Shown here: one piece after another, positions 1 to 31,293 of the stretch | Numbering within the stretch: the stretch's first letter is position 1 | How the letters are laid out: the number at the start of each line of letters is the position of its first letter | NCBI RefSeq assembly: GCF_009914755.1 | Contig: NC_060941.1 | Length of the DNA stretch: 64,000 nt | DNA from: the human T2T-CHM13v2.0 reference genome, Homo sapiens | Strand: one strand, 5' to 3' | Translations under genes and position numbers: made by a program | Notes under the pieces: generated by a model | Databases searched by the model: none | The model's input: only the letters and a program-made list of their open reading frames with translations | What the model was told of the DNA's origin: nothing

Positions 1-670
1 AGGATCACCTGAGCCCTGGAGTTTGAGGCTGCAGTGAGCCGTGATTGTGCCACTGCACTCTAGCCTGGAAGACAGAGTGAGAACCTGGCTCAAAATAAAT
101 AAATAAATAGATATAAAAATAATTGTCCAACTGTCATATTTTTTAAAAGTCTCCAAGCCTAACTTATCACAAAAATAAACAGACTTTGCAGTGCAGATAA
201 GTGAAGAATATTTTCTTTCTGTATGTGTTTCTATATTATTCCATTGAGCAAAGAAATCTGAGCTGGCTAGCATTCAAGATATGGTTTGGATAAAGAGGAA
301 GGCTTCCTGATTACAAGCTTATAACATACTCCAACAGGTTTTCTAGGAACAAGATTGGGCTTCATTGAAATACATTAAATAGGTTGTAAGATGAAATGAG
401 AAGGGTGAAAGTGGCAATAGAAATGTCTTCAAAGAACATCTCTCCTGAATACTAGGATGAGCAAAATAAACATGCAAACTGCTGACAAAAAGAGTTGAAC
501 TCTGTAAAATATTTGAAGAGATTTATTTTGAGCCAAATTTGAGTGACCATGGCCCATGCCACAGCCCTCAGGAGGTCCTGAGAACATGTGCCCAGGGTGG
601 TCGGGGCTCAGCTTGGTTTTATACATTTTAGAGAGGCTTGAGACATCAAATACATTTAAGAAATACATTA

Positions 671-1026
<356 letters not shown>

Positions 1027-1340
1027 TCAAAGTAGTGGGGGGCTTCCAGGCAATAGGTGAATTTAAACATTTTCTGGCTGACAATTGGTTGGGTTTGTCT
1101 AAAGACCTGGGATAGACAGAAAGGGAATGTTCAAGATAGAGACTGTGGAGACCAAAGTTCTTTTGAAGTTTTATAGTGGCTGCCTTTAGAGACAATAGAT
1201 GACAAATGTTTCCTGCTCAGATCTTAGTTAATCTCTTTAGGATTGGGAGGATCTGGAAGAAAAAGATCTAGCTATGTTAATAGAGATTCTTTACAGATAC
1301 AAATTTTCCCCTACAAAGAACAGCTTTGCAGGGCCATTTC

Positions 1341-1794
<454 letters not shown>

Positions 1795-2059
1795 AGGGCC
1801 ATTTCAAAATATGGCAAATAAACATGTTCTGGGGTAAAATATTTTGATTTTTTTCTTTGTCTTGTAATGTTATGCCAGAGTCAGTTTGGAAAGTAAATCA
1901 TGATATATAGAGTTAACTAAAATCCATCTGAATTTATGACTTTTTAGGGCATGACTCCCCAGACTCCTTAGATAGGAACTTGGGCAAGATAAAATTTTTT
2001 TTTTATTTTTTGCCCCCAAAATCTTTTGAGTTTAGTCCCCAAAACAAATAAAGAAATGC

Positions 2060-2640
2060 AACCAACATTTATTAAATACTGACTAGGTGCCAGGTACTAT
2101 TACAGCCAGGAAATTCTCTGTCCTTGGGAAGCTCACCTTGGGAGGGGGTGAGGATCAGAGCAGGAGAGGGGGACAGGGAATGAAATGAAGTAAATGACAT
2201 GGTGTATTGGAAAGTGGTAGGTGCTAGGAGAAAAATGAAAACATCAAGCAGGGAAAGGGCTGAGGGCTGCAGTTTTAAATAGTTTGGTCAGAGGTCAGTT
2301 TGAGGTGATGTTTGAGCAAAGACAAGGAGGGGAAGGAGCAAGCCCTAAGCATGTGGGGTGGGGTGGGGGGAGGGGAGAATGTTTCAGGTAGAAAACCCTG
2401 AGGCAAGTAAACGCCCCTGCTTGAAGAATAGGAGGTCAGCTGGCCTCAGCAGAATGAGCAAGGTCAAGAAAAGTGGACAAAGGCAGAAAAGTAATGGGGT
2501 AAGGATGGAGGCAGATCCTTGTGGGCCCAGTGAGCCAGTCAGAAGTCTTTGATTTTCAATCTCAATGAAATAGGGAGCTACTGGAGAATTTGAAACCATG
2601 GGGCGATATCACCTGCCTTAAATTTCTAAAGGATCACTGG
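2060..2640 (-). mobile_element. L2 fragment
   Basis: aacatttatt..taggtgccaggtact 3'-end signature and L2 body motifs. Confidence 0.7.
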
Positions 2641-3199
2641 GGGGAGAAAAGGCATCAGCAATTGTGATCCAAAAGTGAAAGGGGTCAACAGAGAAAGAGA
2701 TGGACAAGTCTATAACGAGAAACAGAGAAGTGCTTGTCTCTAAACCTTGTTCCTATGCCGCCCTCACCCCAACCTCCTACTGCCAAAAGGCATATTGGAA
2801 AGAATCCTCCCCCAAATCTGGGGACAATCAAATTGAGTTGGTTCATTTGCTTTTTTTCTCTTTGAACTGAAGATTAGTAAAAACTATTGTTGAAGGGGCA
2901 GGGGCGAGATAGAGGAATGAACAAGGAGGCTCAGTCTCCAATGGATATAAAACTCAGGGCCACACAAATCGAGTGGAATGACGCAAAAGGTGAATAAACA
3001 GATGACATGCACTGTAGAAAAAGAGACAAGAAGTCACCTGTACTATATCAGGACAAACACGAGGTCCAGGTAGAGCCATGCGAATCTTAGCAAAAGCAAT
3101 AGCTTGGTAACAATATAAGTATCCTATGGGCGAAGAGGGAATGTAGCATGAAAGAGGCAAACAGCCACCTTAAAGGAAATCATAGGTCAACAACAATAT

Positions 3200-4450
3200 A
3201 AAAAGGGATAATATTCACCCAAGGAAAAGCATTACAAGATTCAAAACAACGTAATTACACCACCAAATTTAAAAAATCTGAAATAACAAATAACAAAATA
3301 TATACTATTGAGAATTGAATTACTGACATAGAGGAAAGGCTTTAGATAATCAACGTAAATGAATATAAAGAATATAGAGAATGAAGCAATAAATGAAGTC
3401 GAGAAGATTCAGGACACATGGCTGGGCACTGTGGCTCACACCTGTAATCCCAACACTTTAGAAGGCCGAGGCCAGAGGATTGCTTGAGGCCAGGAGTTTG
3501 AGAACAGCCTGGGCAACATAGTGAGATCCAGGTTCTAAAAAAAAAAAAAAATTTTTTTTTTTAAAAGAGAGATCCAGGACACAGACTAAAATAATCCAAT
3601 AAAAATAATTTCTTTCCCTGAAATAGAGACCCCATCAGATGGTATAGGAGATGTATTTAAAAATAGACTTCAAGAGAATATCCTATACATCTAGAAAAAA
3701 CTTCATCTCTCAATTTACAAGGACACAGTTTTTTCCTAGGAAAGTCTGATAAAGAAGGCTCAAATTCAACATGATGACTGAATCTCAATGATAGAAGAAT
3801 TCTCTAGGCATCCAGGTAGAAAAAGCAAATCACCTTCAAGAGGACAGAGAAAAAGTTGGTGTTAGACTTCTCTATAACAGCCTTTGGAGTCCAAAGATGA
3901 TAAAGCAAAGTCCACAAACATGCTACTCAATGCGGAGTCTGCAGATCAGTAGCATGAACATTACCTGGAAGCTTGTTAAAAATGTAGAATCTCAGGCCCA
4001 GTGCCAGACCTACTGAATCTACATTTTCAGCAAGCCCCCAGAAAATTCCCTTTGCATATTGAAGTTTGAGAATTATTAACCTACAAAGCTTTTATGGAAC
4101 GAAGGTATTGCCAGGAATATTCAATTGCAGTTATTGTCATTCCATTTATAAGATCATATTCTCAAACATGAAATGACTTAGGGAATTAGCCCCCAGGTGC
4201 CCTTCTGAATGCTTGACAACAAACATTCATGTCTCAAAAAAGAATTCAAAAACAAAGAAGCAAGAAGTGAAAATACTGTGATAACTTTGAGTTCATCTGA
4301 ATATAGAGCAAAAACAGCCATGACAGTTGTAGTCAAGGAAGTTAATGTGAATGCAATAAACTGGATGAAGTAAAAATGATATAACAGGGAAGAGAAAAGA
4401 AAGAATATTTTACTCTTTCACAGAAGACAGACTATACATACTGTCTAAAA
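3200..4450 (+). mobile_element. old L1M remnant with FLAM (3419-3565) and MER5A insertions
   Basis: A-rich, degenerate L1 ORF1-like sequence. Confidence 0.5.
3920..4080 (+). mobile_element. MER5A (hAT-Charlie)
   Basis: cttgttaaaaatgtagaatctcaggcc..ccagacctactgaatc..aagtttgagaa. Confidence 0.8.
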
Positions 4451-4542
4451 TCGAAGCATATTATGTTTTCTAAAAAGCATAATGACTCCAATATCTTAAT
4501 GTTTCTATTGTTTACACTTGTTCCTTAAAAAAAAAATTAACC

Positions 4543-4874
<332 letters not shown>

Positions 4875-4916
4875 AACCTACAGACAAATTTTAGGAAATG
4901 AGTTCATCCGTGGTGA

Positions 4917-7224
<2,308 letters not shown>

Positions 7225-7559
7225 CAAAATTATTATTCTTGACATGATAAGGCTACAAACCAGCAGATCTGCACTCTAGGTATGCCCAACTGAGATGGGA
7301 TGGGGACTCCCAAGCCTTGAAGTTGGTTTGAGATGGTTCCCAATTGGTAGTTCACTCAAGTACTTGCAGATAAAATAACAGATCTCTCAGGAAGAGGCTA
7401 CCATCATCATAAGCACTGAAGAATCCTCACAGAGTTTTTCAAGGACAATGGCCAGCGCTCCATCAATGATGATAACCCAGATACAGGTAACAAGGCAACA
7501 TGAACTCAAACCAGCAGAAACAGAGACAGCAGAAACAGTCCCACAAATGGCCACATACA

Positions 7560-9990
<2,431 letters not shown>

Positions 9991-10147
9991 TTTTTTGCAT
10001 TTAAATAGCTGATCTATTTTTTATTTATTCTAAAGTATGTCTGAAGAATGGGTCCAACTTTTAACATTTTTTATATAGCTATCCACATATCACTATATTT
10101 GGTACTTAAAAGTTGATCTTTCCCCCATGAGTTTGCAATGTGCTGGG

Positions 10148-11836
<1,689 letters not shown>

Positions 11837-12067
11837 TAGACCATATCCTATCACGACCTCTTGCACACAGTTATAAACTGGATACAGCAGAATCCTTCCT
11901 GATTTGAGCTGATGTTCTCAGTGAGTGCCTGTCAGTGACTTAGGGATCCTTTTTTACACAGACTTTGGGATCCTCCATCTCTTATTTTCTCTTTTCAGAT
12001 ACCACATTTTTTTCCTCACTTCACCCAAATAAATGGTGATTCCACACAGACCTTGTAGGTTTGGGTG

Positions 12068-12510
12068 GTATATTCGTTTTCTAGGTCTATTGTAACAAAT
12101 TTCCACAAGCTGCAGGGCTTCAAATAACAGAAATTTGTTGTCTCACAGTTCTGGAGTTCAGAAGTCTGCAGGGTCATGCTCTCTCTGAAGGTTCCGGGGG
12201 AGGATCCCTCCTTGTCTCTCTTCTAACTTTCAGTGGTTGCCGGCGACCCTTAGCATCACTTGGCTTGAAGACACATCACTCCAATTTCGCCTCCATTGTC
12301 ACATGGCATTCTCCATATGTGTCTTCTCTGTGCTCAAATTTCTCTTGTCTTAAAAGGACACTAATCATTGGATTAAGGCCCACCCTGTCCCGCATGATCT
12401 CATCTTAACTTGATTGCACCTACAAAGATCCTATTTCCAATAAGGTCACATTCAAAGATACTGAGTAGGATTTGAACATACCTCTTTGAAGATACAATTC
12501 AACCTAGAAT
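12068..12510 (-). mobile_element. MLT1 (MLT1C-like) MaLR solo LTR
   Basis: gtaacaaatttccacaa..tctcacagttctgga..cctatttccaataaggtcacattc. Confidence 0.85.
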
Positions 12511-12753
12511 AGGTGTTTTCCCTCAATGGAACCTACTGGAGGAAGAGGGCATGGGGATAACGTGTAGAGTTTTGTTATGGAGTCCATTCAGGGATTTTCC
12601 GTCTATTTTCCTAGGTGGTTTTTTTTTTTTCTTTTTTGGTCAGGAATGGGGAGATTTCTAAAAGGTGAAAGCACTGGATACCTAAGGAATAGAGTGGGTT
12701 GAATAGGGTTTGTAGTGGAAGAAGAGGGTGTTGGTTTAAGGGAATAAAAAATA

Positions 12754-16245
<3,492 letters not shown>

Positions 16246-16729
16246 CCTTTAGTAGAATTGATTCTATTTTATTTGGCTCTTGAAACATGTCAGACCATTT
16301 TGTGGGGGAGGGCATTCAAGGAACAAAGACAAGCTAAAAATGTTGAGAACACATTTTGTTCCCAATAGTCTAGTTAGAGGGAAAGGCTCTTTGAAGGAGA
16401 ATGGCAAATAGATTTGGACAGGAAGTCAGATTATGACAAGTCTTATATACCATGCTGAAGAGTTTGAATTCTCACTGCAGGTGTAGGTGTGTAAGATGAT
16501 GAGCCACTGGAACACAGCTTTACATTGCCATTTAGAGTACGTTTGCATTGCAGCAGCTACACAGATAATAGATGGGGACTGGGTGACAAGAAAGGGCCCC
16601 TAAAGTAGTATCCCTTCACTTCCTCTTACTCCTCTCAATCTGCAGTGCAGTCCTTGAGCCTCACAAATCAATTCCTCTGTGCTACAGCCATGCATTCTCT
16701 TTATGGCAGGCATCGTACTCTACTGTGCT

Positions 16730-18320
<1,591 letters not shown>

Positions 18321-18436
18321 GGTGACCATTTAATTCACTGTCAAATTACAACACTGTTGAGAATGAAAAGGGATGCCATACACTTGGGAAAACACCTGTA
18401 ATCCAGGACTATCTTAGAAAACTTCTTCACCCTTGG

Positions 18437-18599
18437 GCTGTGGTTTTCAATCAGGGATGACTTTGCCCGCAATGGGACATTTAGCAACATCTGAAGATAT
18501 TTTTGCTTGCTATGACTAGGGGACTGCAGAGCACAGTCCTCTAAAACAAAGAATTAACTGGCACAAAATGTCGATAGCGCTGAGGCTGAGAAACTCTGC
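18437..18599 (+). mobile_element. MER20 (internally deleted)
   Basis: gtggttttcaatcagggatgactttgccc..gggacattt..aaagaatta..gagaaactctg. Confidence 0.75.
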
Positions 18600-18858
18600 C
18601 CTAGAACTAGGAAAGAGAATGAGAAGGCTAGGTTTGCTGAAATGAATGGAGATAAAGATCATTAAAATTGAAGAGAGAAATTACAAGGATGCTTATTCTT
18701 CATTCATTGATCATTTCTACCCAGCATACTTTCAAAAAGATATGAGGCCATTTAGCAAAAAAGGCATCTAGTCATGAATGTAACAAAGTATTGATTAAGC
18801 AATTATACATTTAGAAGAATTTATAGAGCCAATCAGCCTTAAGATTACAACTAGGGAA

Positions 18859-21574
<2,716 letters not shown>

Positions 21575-22926
21575 AGGTTTTTTTTTCTGGTAGAAATTTC
21601 ATGAAGGCTTAGATCGGCACCTGCCTCTGCCTCTTCCTCCTTCTAGTTTATGCTCAGGTACACGAGAGCATTTACGGTCATTACATAACATGGTACAAAG
21701 CAGGGGTAGGGTGTTTACACATGCGGAACTCTGCCGTGCATCTGAAATGTGACAGAGACGAGTTTAGGCAGAACTGTGCCCCCAAAGATAGGAGAACTTC
21801 AGGGGAAGTTGGTGGAGAGAGTAATCAACCAAGATCTGTGTTCTGTTCATTCGGGTTAGATTTTATGAAAAAGAAAGAGAGCTATAAAATATCTGTGCTT
21901 CTTGGCAATGCATGGGTTTCTGTATTTGATTATTAGTCGGGTAGCTATGAAAATGTTAACATGAATATTATTTCTATATATGTTGCATGTGTTCTACAGC
22001 ACAACACCATTGGCACAATTACAGAGCAAACAACTCCATGTAAACATTAATGGGAATAACAGAAGGAACAAAGATAACGCGGCTACTTTTGAACTTTGGA
22101 ATCTCCTACGTTGCTAGTGCATGCTTAACAGCATGCAATCATCTTGGGTAGAATCATGAGGGTCCAAATGTGTGGCAATTCTACCCTCAGCCCGACACAT
22201 CCACTCAAAGTAAAACAAAATAAGCAAAATGGCTATCATGTGCCAAAAGGATTAATATGTCATCCTTACTGGACCCTTTTCCTTACTTCCATTTGAAGAA
22301 ATCAGGTGGCTCATTGCAGTCACACACTGATTCATGTTCCCATCCTGAAACTCAGACGAAAGATAAGAAACAGATCAACTGAATACCTGTTTTTCCAAGG
22401 ATGAAAGATACTCATGTTCAGAAGCTGAGGTCCAGATCCTGCTTTCCCTCCATCTTCCCCAACACTCACTGTTTAATTACTGTTGTCGATGCTTGTTAAG
22501 AACTGCCTACATCCACTTTTGGAATCTCAGAATAAAATTCACATACACCGTGGGCATACTTCCTGAGACTCATCGTGGAGATGCTGTAAACCTAGCACAT
22601 TTCATTATCTAAATGTGACAACATGAAAATAATATTTTTTTTGCATTTGTAACATTCAAGAATGCTCATAACCTTCGGGGAAATAGGTCTTTGTTCCTGA
22701 GTATTACAAATGCATGGCATAAATTGTCTGTTCCGATGTACAGAAATAGAACTAAGAGTGTGTACATATAGCATCTTGAAAAATGATTTCATATTACTTG
22801 TTATTCTGCTTCTAAAGCATTATACAAAATTGATTGAAGAGGAAACTGGAATAGAATATCATCCAGCACGGATGAAGGTTTCTGCTTAGTTCTTCATCCC
22901 CCTCATGACATTTGTAAAGTGCAGTT

Positions 22927-23261
22927 ATTATTGTTATGTATTATTATTTTTATTTCAATAAGTTTTTGGGGGAACAGGTGGTGTTTGGTTACATGAATAA
23001 GTTCTTTAGTGCTGATTTCTGAGATTTTGATGAACCCATCACCCGAGCAGTGTACACTGTATCCAATATGTAGTCTTTTATCTGTCACCCACCTCTCACC
23101 CTTTCCCCTGAGTCCCCAAAGTCCATCTTATCATTATTATGCTTTTGTGTCTTCATAGCTTAGCCCCCACTTACAAGTGAGAACATACAACGTTTAGTTT
23201 TCCATTCCTGAGTTACTTCACTTAGAATAATGGTCTCCAATTCCATCCCAGTTGCTGCAAA
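22927..23261 (-). mobile_element. L1PB-type 3' end, 5'-truncated
   Basis: gggaacaggtggtgtttggttacatgaataagttc; TSD TAAAGTGCWGTT at 22915 and 23262. Confidence 0.88.
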
Positions 23262-23505
23262 TAAAGTGCTGTTTTTAAGACACAAGGCTCAGTTCATTTT
23301 CTGGAAGGCACCCCAATAGATATTTGCTCAGCTCTTGCTGCAGAAACTTTTTTTTTCTTTGAAAGAATCTCAGTCACTGTAAACATGAAATCTTAAAAAT
23401 ACTCAATTTTCGGCTGGGCTCGGTGGCTCATGCCTGTAATCCCAGCACTTTGGGAGGCCGAGAAAGGTGGATCATGAGGTCAGGAGTTTGAGAACAGCCT
23501 GGCTA

Positions 23506-23715
<210 letters not shown>

Positions 23716-23925
23716 TCACTTATGATCTACTCAAAACTAGCACTGATCATAAATTTCTTAAAAATGTACTATTTAAAAGTTAAAGTTAGATTAAACTTAA
23801 AAGATTTAAATTAAAAGGGGTTAAATGTAACATTTTTAGTCAAGTCAAAAATTTAACTTTAGAGTCTATAAGAACCCAAGAATATGATAAAAATATTATG
23901 GAAAGAAAGCAATAGAGCATGCTAC

Positions 23926-24030
23926 CTGTAGGTTGGGCTTTAAAGTCTTTTTGAATATATTAAAGCTTCAATATAAGTCTATGAATATCTTTTTGAAATC
24001 CTGCAGATTCTTACAGGATAGCTTTCACAT
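23926..24030 (-). pseudogene. relic exon VKAIL*ESAGFQKDIHRLILKL*YIQKDFKAQPT
   Basis: Acceptor aaatccag|, donor CAG|gtagca; 105 nt, two TAA stops; preceded by a 31-nt exon-like unit at 24166-24196 with donor GAG|gtaaga. Confidence 0.35.
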
Positions 24031-24747
24031 CTGGATTTCTCTTAATATTGATAAAGGAAGAAGAGTTATTTTCTATGTATGTTTTTTAACTCATTATGAT
24101 GGAAGGTAAATATTTCAGCTAATACAAAATTATCTAATTTTTCTTTGTTTTCTGGTTCTTCTTACCTCTAATCCCAAACAATCCATGCAGATCATTCTGG
24201 ATAGATAATAAACAATTATTTTAAACAAATATTCAATGAATAAATCTTTAATAAGAATTTCTCCATTTTAAATAATAATAAAATATCCTTAATACATGCC
24301 TAAACCTCTCTGTTATTTATTCATCAGGTATCCAGGCCACTAGGGAAAACATATTTTAAAAATATGCCTAACAGCTAGGTGCAGTGGCACACACCTGTAG
24401 TTCCAGCCGCTCTGGAGGCTGAGGCTGGAGGACTGCTTGAGCCTAGTCGTGTGAGACCAGCCAGGGCTACATAGCAAGACCCCTATCTCTAAAAAATAAA
24501 TAAATACATACAATGCCTAACATAAATTTTTTAATTGAACCAATTGGTTAATTAACAAGTTAACTAGTGAAAAGGCAGCAACCACTAGTAATGGTTACAA
24601 GGAAAAAATTAATAAAAAGGTAATGGGGTAGTGCACGGTGGTTCATGCCTGTAATCCCAGCACTTTGGGAGGCTGAGGCAGGCAGATCACTTGAGGTCAG
24701 GAGTTCAAGACCAGCCTGGCCAACATGGCAAAACTCCGCCTCTACTA

Positions 24748-24971
<224 letters not shown>

Positions 24972-25019
24972 TTAAGGTCCTAATGTACTCAAATGGTTGG
25001 AAAGACCAAAATAATGTCA

Positions 25020-25417
<398 letters not shown>

Positions 25418-25573
25418 TAGAGACGGGGTTTCAGCATGTTGGCCAGGCTGGTCTTGAACTCCTGACCTCAGGTGATCCTCTCGCCTCGGTCTCCCAAAGT
25501 GCTGGGATTACAAGCGTGAGCCACCACGCCTGGCCAGTATAAACACCGATCCTTGAAGCTGAGCAACTCTTAC

Positions 25574-25770
25574 CATCTCTCATTAACCACCACTACGCCC
25601 CCTGCTGTTCACTTTGTTAATCTACGACATTATATGGCCGAGGGCCTATATAATGCATGTCCAGGCTATTCAGCTGTCCTTTAAATTCATTCCACACTGT
25701 GGAATGGAATTGTTTTCTCCAGATGGCCTCCATTTCCTCTTCACAAGCATCCAACAGTGTTTTGATTTCC
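25574..25770 (-). pseudogene. relic exon EIKTLLDACEEEMEAIWRKQFHSTVWNEFKGQLNSLDMHYIGPRPYNVVD*QSEQQGA*WWLMRD
   Basis: Poly-T acceptor (GAG, atypical) and strong donor GATG|gtaaga; 197 nt, protein-like composition, two in-frame stops. Confidence 0.45.
25596..25611 (-). promoter_or_regulatory. CTCF-like motif
   Basis: Minus strand TGAACAGCAGGGGGCG versus core CCASYAGRKGGCR, one mismatch. Confidence 0.45.
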
Positions 25771-25867
25771 CTCAATAAAAAAAAAATTCTTCTCCCTTCC
25801 CCTTTCATTAGACTAAGCATTTCTATTAATATTTCCTCACATTGGTGTTAACAGTTCTCTAATTTCA

Positions 25868-26222
<355 letters not shown>

Positions 26223-27310
26223 TTATCATTTGGTAGGACACATGTTCTTACATCCTAATTTTCTTCCATATCAAATACTATATCTTTGTTCTCAAGAAAG
26301 AAGCCAATGTGTGGAAATTTAATACCAATAATAATAGCCAAAACCTCAATAGCTAATAGCTCTTAAGTACATATGCACCAGGCACTATTTTGTACCCGGC
26401 ACTCTTTTTAGTGCTTTTAGTGTAATTAATTCACTTAATCTTCTCAACCACGCCATAGGGTAGGTACTATTGTCATCAACTTTTTGCAGGTGGGGAAACT
26501 GAGGCATAGAAAGTGATTTGCTTAGCTTGACATGACAGAACTAGCAATTTGGGAGCTGGGAGTCCAACCCAGGCAGTGTGGCTTCAGAGCTTGTGCTTTG
26601 ATCTCCTCACAACTATGGCCAAACTATATAGCTATAGTGTAGTCAAATTACATCTATGGACAACTGAAGAAGATAATGGAAACCAGAATGGGTGATGGAA
26701 GCAAGTGCCAGCATTGTGTCAATTTATCTGCTTCTACGGAGTACAGTACAGGAAAACAAAATCTTCCAAGCATATGTTCTTGGTATTTGACACTTTACTA
26801 AATCTCTACCAAAGTCTTCAAATGGAAAAGTGGAGCTCCAAATTCACATTCGCTTGAATTTTTATTGTATATAATGCTTCACGGTATTTATAGCCTAAAT
26901 CACAATGAATAGTATCCCATCAGCTGAAACGTCTTAAGTCTTAACCATCATCTAACTGTTCAGCCGAATGAAAACAATGATGATCATAATTGGAGCTGAA
27001 ATAACAGAGAAGCTCATTTACTCTGAGATATGAGGCAGGGACAATTTCCCATGAAATGAACCTAATTTTTTCCCTTAATCTGAAATTGATTACTTTGCTT
27101 TTTTGGTATATTAATTTGGTGTTCAAGGTATAAATTATAAGAAGATCAAATATGCTTTAAACTGAAACTCTTATTTTTCTTTGTTAATATCTGACCATAT
27201 CTACTAATTTACATGAAATAGTTGCTTGTAATTTAATATGATATACTGTCATCTGGATATTTGCTACTTTTTCCAGCCTAAACTGGTTTCAATAAAGCAC
27301 TTGACTTTAA

Positions 27311-27520
<210 letters not shown>

Positions 27521-28431
27521 TAGATGGGTTTTACCATGTTGACCAGGCTGGTCTTGAACTCCTGACCTCAAGTGATTCTCTGCCTCAACCTCCCAAAGTG
27601 CTGGGGTTACACGTGTGAGGCTCCGTGCCCGACCTGACTCTTCTATTTACATAAACTTTAAAAAAGATGTTATTTGTAATTGACACATAGTAATAGTACA
27701 TGTTTATGGGAAACGGTGTGATGTTTCAATACATGTGTACATTGTATAATGATCAAATCAGGGTAGTTAGCATGTCAAGCACCTCAAATCTTTATCATTT
27801 CTTTATGATGATAACTTTCAAGATCCTATTTTATAGCTATCTTGAAATATATACTATATTAACCTTAAAGATACATAGGATAAGTATTAAATACTAAAAT
27901 CCCTTCCCAAATCATATGTGAATGGGAGAAAAAACTAGCAAGCAGCCTTAGAATAATTTTTTTATGCAACATTTGTAACAAATGGTGTTGTAACATTTGT
28001 TATAATAAATGGGTTTCAAACATAACGTATGAAACATTTTATTTAGAAGGACACTTGAAAATCTCTATCAGCCAATAAATTCCATATTTTAGAGTTACCT
28101 ACTGTCCTTCAAAAAACCATGGCTATTGGTTATGTAAAGACTTGAATGTAAAATAACTAAACTTCTTTGTAGAACACAAGATTTATGTGTCTGGGCTGTG
28201 AGATGTACTAATATGTTGGTAACATCCAAATAGCTTAATCTTATTTTAATCATATTTTTAAAACAAGTTTTGCTCTGATACTTAATTTTAAATATAACAG
28301 AGAATAGTCAGTAATGATTTGTTTCCTTTTACCTTGATATTACTTCTAGATCAACGTTATATAAAATCAGGCCACTTAAAATTGTGACAATGATTCTTAG
28401 TTTGCAAACTAAAACAGTGTCTTTAGCCTAC

Positions 28432-28489
28432 CAAATGAAAAGCCGAATCAACTTGACTCCTCCAGTGTTGATGAACAGATCAACAGTAT
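28432..28489 (-). pseudogene. relic exon (Y)TVDLFINTGGVKLIRLFI
   Basis: Strong acceptor tttattcctttatctatag| and donor TTG|gtaggc; phase-1 start fits the 33576 exon. Confidence 0.4.
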
Positions 28490-28521
28490 CTATAGATAAA
28501 GGAATAAATAGAGCAATGTAA

Positions 28522-28865
<344 letters not shown>

Positions 28866-29575
28866 TGAGCCACTGCATCCAGCTGAGTTTTAGTAATTTT
28901 TAAGGTCCTAGCTAAGTAAGTAGTTAGATGTCATAAGCAATGTATATTTGCTATTTGATACTTTACTATCTCTATCAAAGTCTTTAAAACACAAAACTGG
29001 GACCTAAAATTAGTAGTACCATACTTTCTTTCTTGATTCTATAAGAATCAAATATATATTGTGGACTGACTTCAGTTTCCCTAGCTTCAAACTGGGAGGC
29101 ACTTTGGTTGGCTACCTCATTAAAATGGGGTCAGAATGAACGCAGGCATGCCTTGTTTTATTGTGCTTTGCTTTGTTGCACTTTGAAGATACAGCATTTT
29201 TTTTACAAATTAAGTTTTGTGGCAACCCTGAGTGGAGCAAGTCTATTGCCATCATTTTTCCAACAGCATATGCTCACTTTGTGTCCCTACATCACAGTTT
29301 GGTAATTCTTGCAATGTTTCAAGCTTTCTATTCTTATATCTGTTACAGTGATCTATGATCAGTGATTTTTGATGTTATCATTGTAATTTTGGGGGGACAT
29401 CTTGAACCACCCCTGTATAAGACATTGAACTTAATCATAAAAGTTATGTGTGTTCTGATGGCTCCACCAACCCACTGGCCATTCCAGTCTCCTCTCCCTT
29501 TTTTCTGGCTTCACTATTAACTGAGACATGACGGTATTCAAATTTGATCAGTTAAGAACCCTATCATAGCCTCTA

Positions 29576-29911
<336 letters not shown>

Positions 29912-30093
29912 TCAAAAACAAAGCAAAATAAAATAAAATAATAAATAAATAAAAACCTAGAAATAATTAAACCTAGTAAGGAAGGCATGTTGAAAGCTGA
30001 AGTAGGCCAAAAGCTAGGCTTCCTGCACCAAACAGTTACCCTAGTTGTAAATGCAAAGGTAAAGTTCTCAAAACATATTAAAAGTGCTACCTA

Positions 30094-30402
<309 letters not shown>

Positions 30403-31232
30403 TCACAAAAAAAAAAAAAAAAAAAAGAAGAAGAAGAGGTGAAACAGCCTGATTGCTGATGTGAAGATAGCCTCTGAGTGATCTAGATAGAAGATCAAAC
30501 CAGCTATAGCACTCCCTTAAGGCAAAGCCCAATCCAGAGCAAGGCACTAACTCTCTTGGATTCTATAAAGCTGAGACAGGTGAGGAAGCTGAAGAAGAAA
30601 ACTCTGAAGCTTTAAGAGGTTGGTCCATAAGGTTTAAGGAAAGCAGTCATCTCCATAACACAAAACTGCAAGATGAAACAGCAAAGGCTGATACAGAAGC
30701 TGCTGTAAGTTATCCAGACCATCTAGCTAAGACCATTGATGAAGATGGCTACACCAAACAACAGATTTTTTGTATAGATGAAACAGCCTTCTCTTGGAAG
30801 AAGATGCCATCTAAGACTTTCACGGCAAGAAAGGTGAAGTCAATGCCTGGCTTCAAAGCCTCAAAGAACAGGCTGACACTCTTGTTAGGGGCTAAAGCAG
30901 CTGGTGACTTAGGTTGATGCCAGTGCTTAGTCACCATTCTGAAAATCCTAGGGCCTTAAAAATTTTGCTAGGGTTGGGTGCATTGGCTCATGCCTGTAAT
31001 TCTAACACTTTGGGAGGCTGAGGTTGGTGGTGAGCCCAGGAGTTTGAGACCAGCCTGGGTAACATGTTGAAACCCTGCCTCTACAAAAAAAACAAAAACA
31101 AAAATTAGCCAGGCATGGGGGCTGGCATGCACCCGTAGTCCCAGCTACTTGGGAGGCTGAGGTAAGAGGATCACTTGAGCCCAGGACGTTGAGGCTGCAG
31201 TGAGTTGTGATTACACCAGAGTGAGACTGTCT

Positions 31233-31234
<2 letters not shown>

Positions 31235-31290
<56 letters not shown>
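31235..31290. repeat. (GA)28 replacing an Alu poly(A) tail
   Basis: Counted directly. Confidence 0.95.

Positions 31291-31293
<3 letters not shown>

Noticed and set aside
2355-2375. G-quadruplex-type tract GGGGTGGGGTGGGGGGAGGGG
   Set aside because: Isolated inside an L2 remnant with no functional context
22287-22344. Strong minus-strand exon-like unit (tttcag|GATGGG..GGAA|gtaagg)
   Set aside because: Lies beyond the inferred C-terminal motif and two frames are open, so it cannot be placed in the relic gene model
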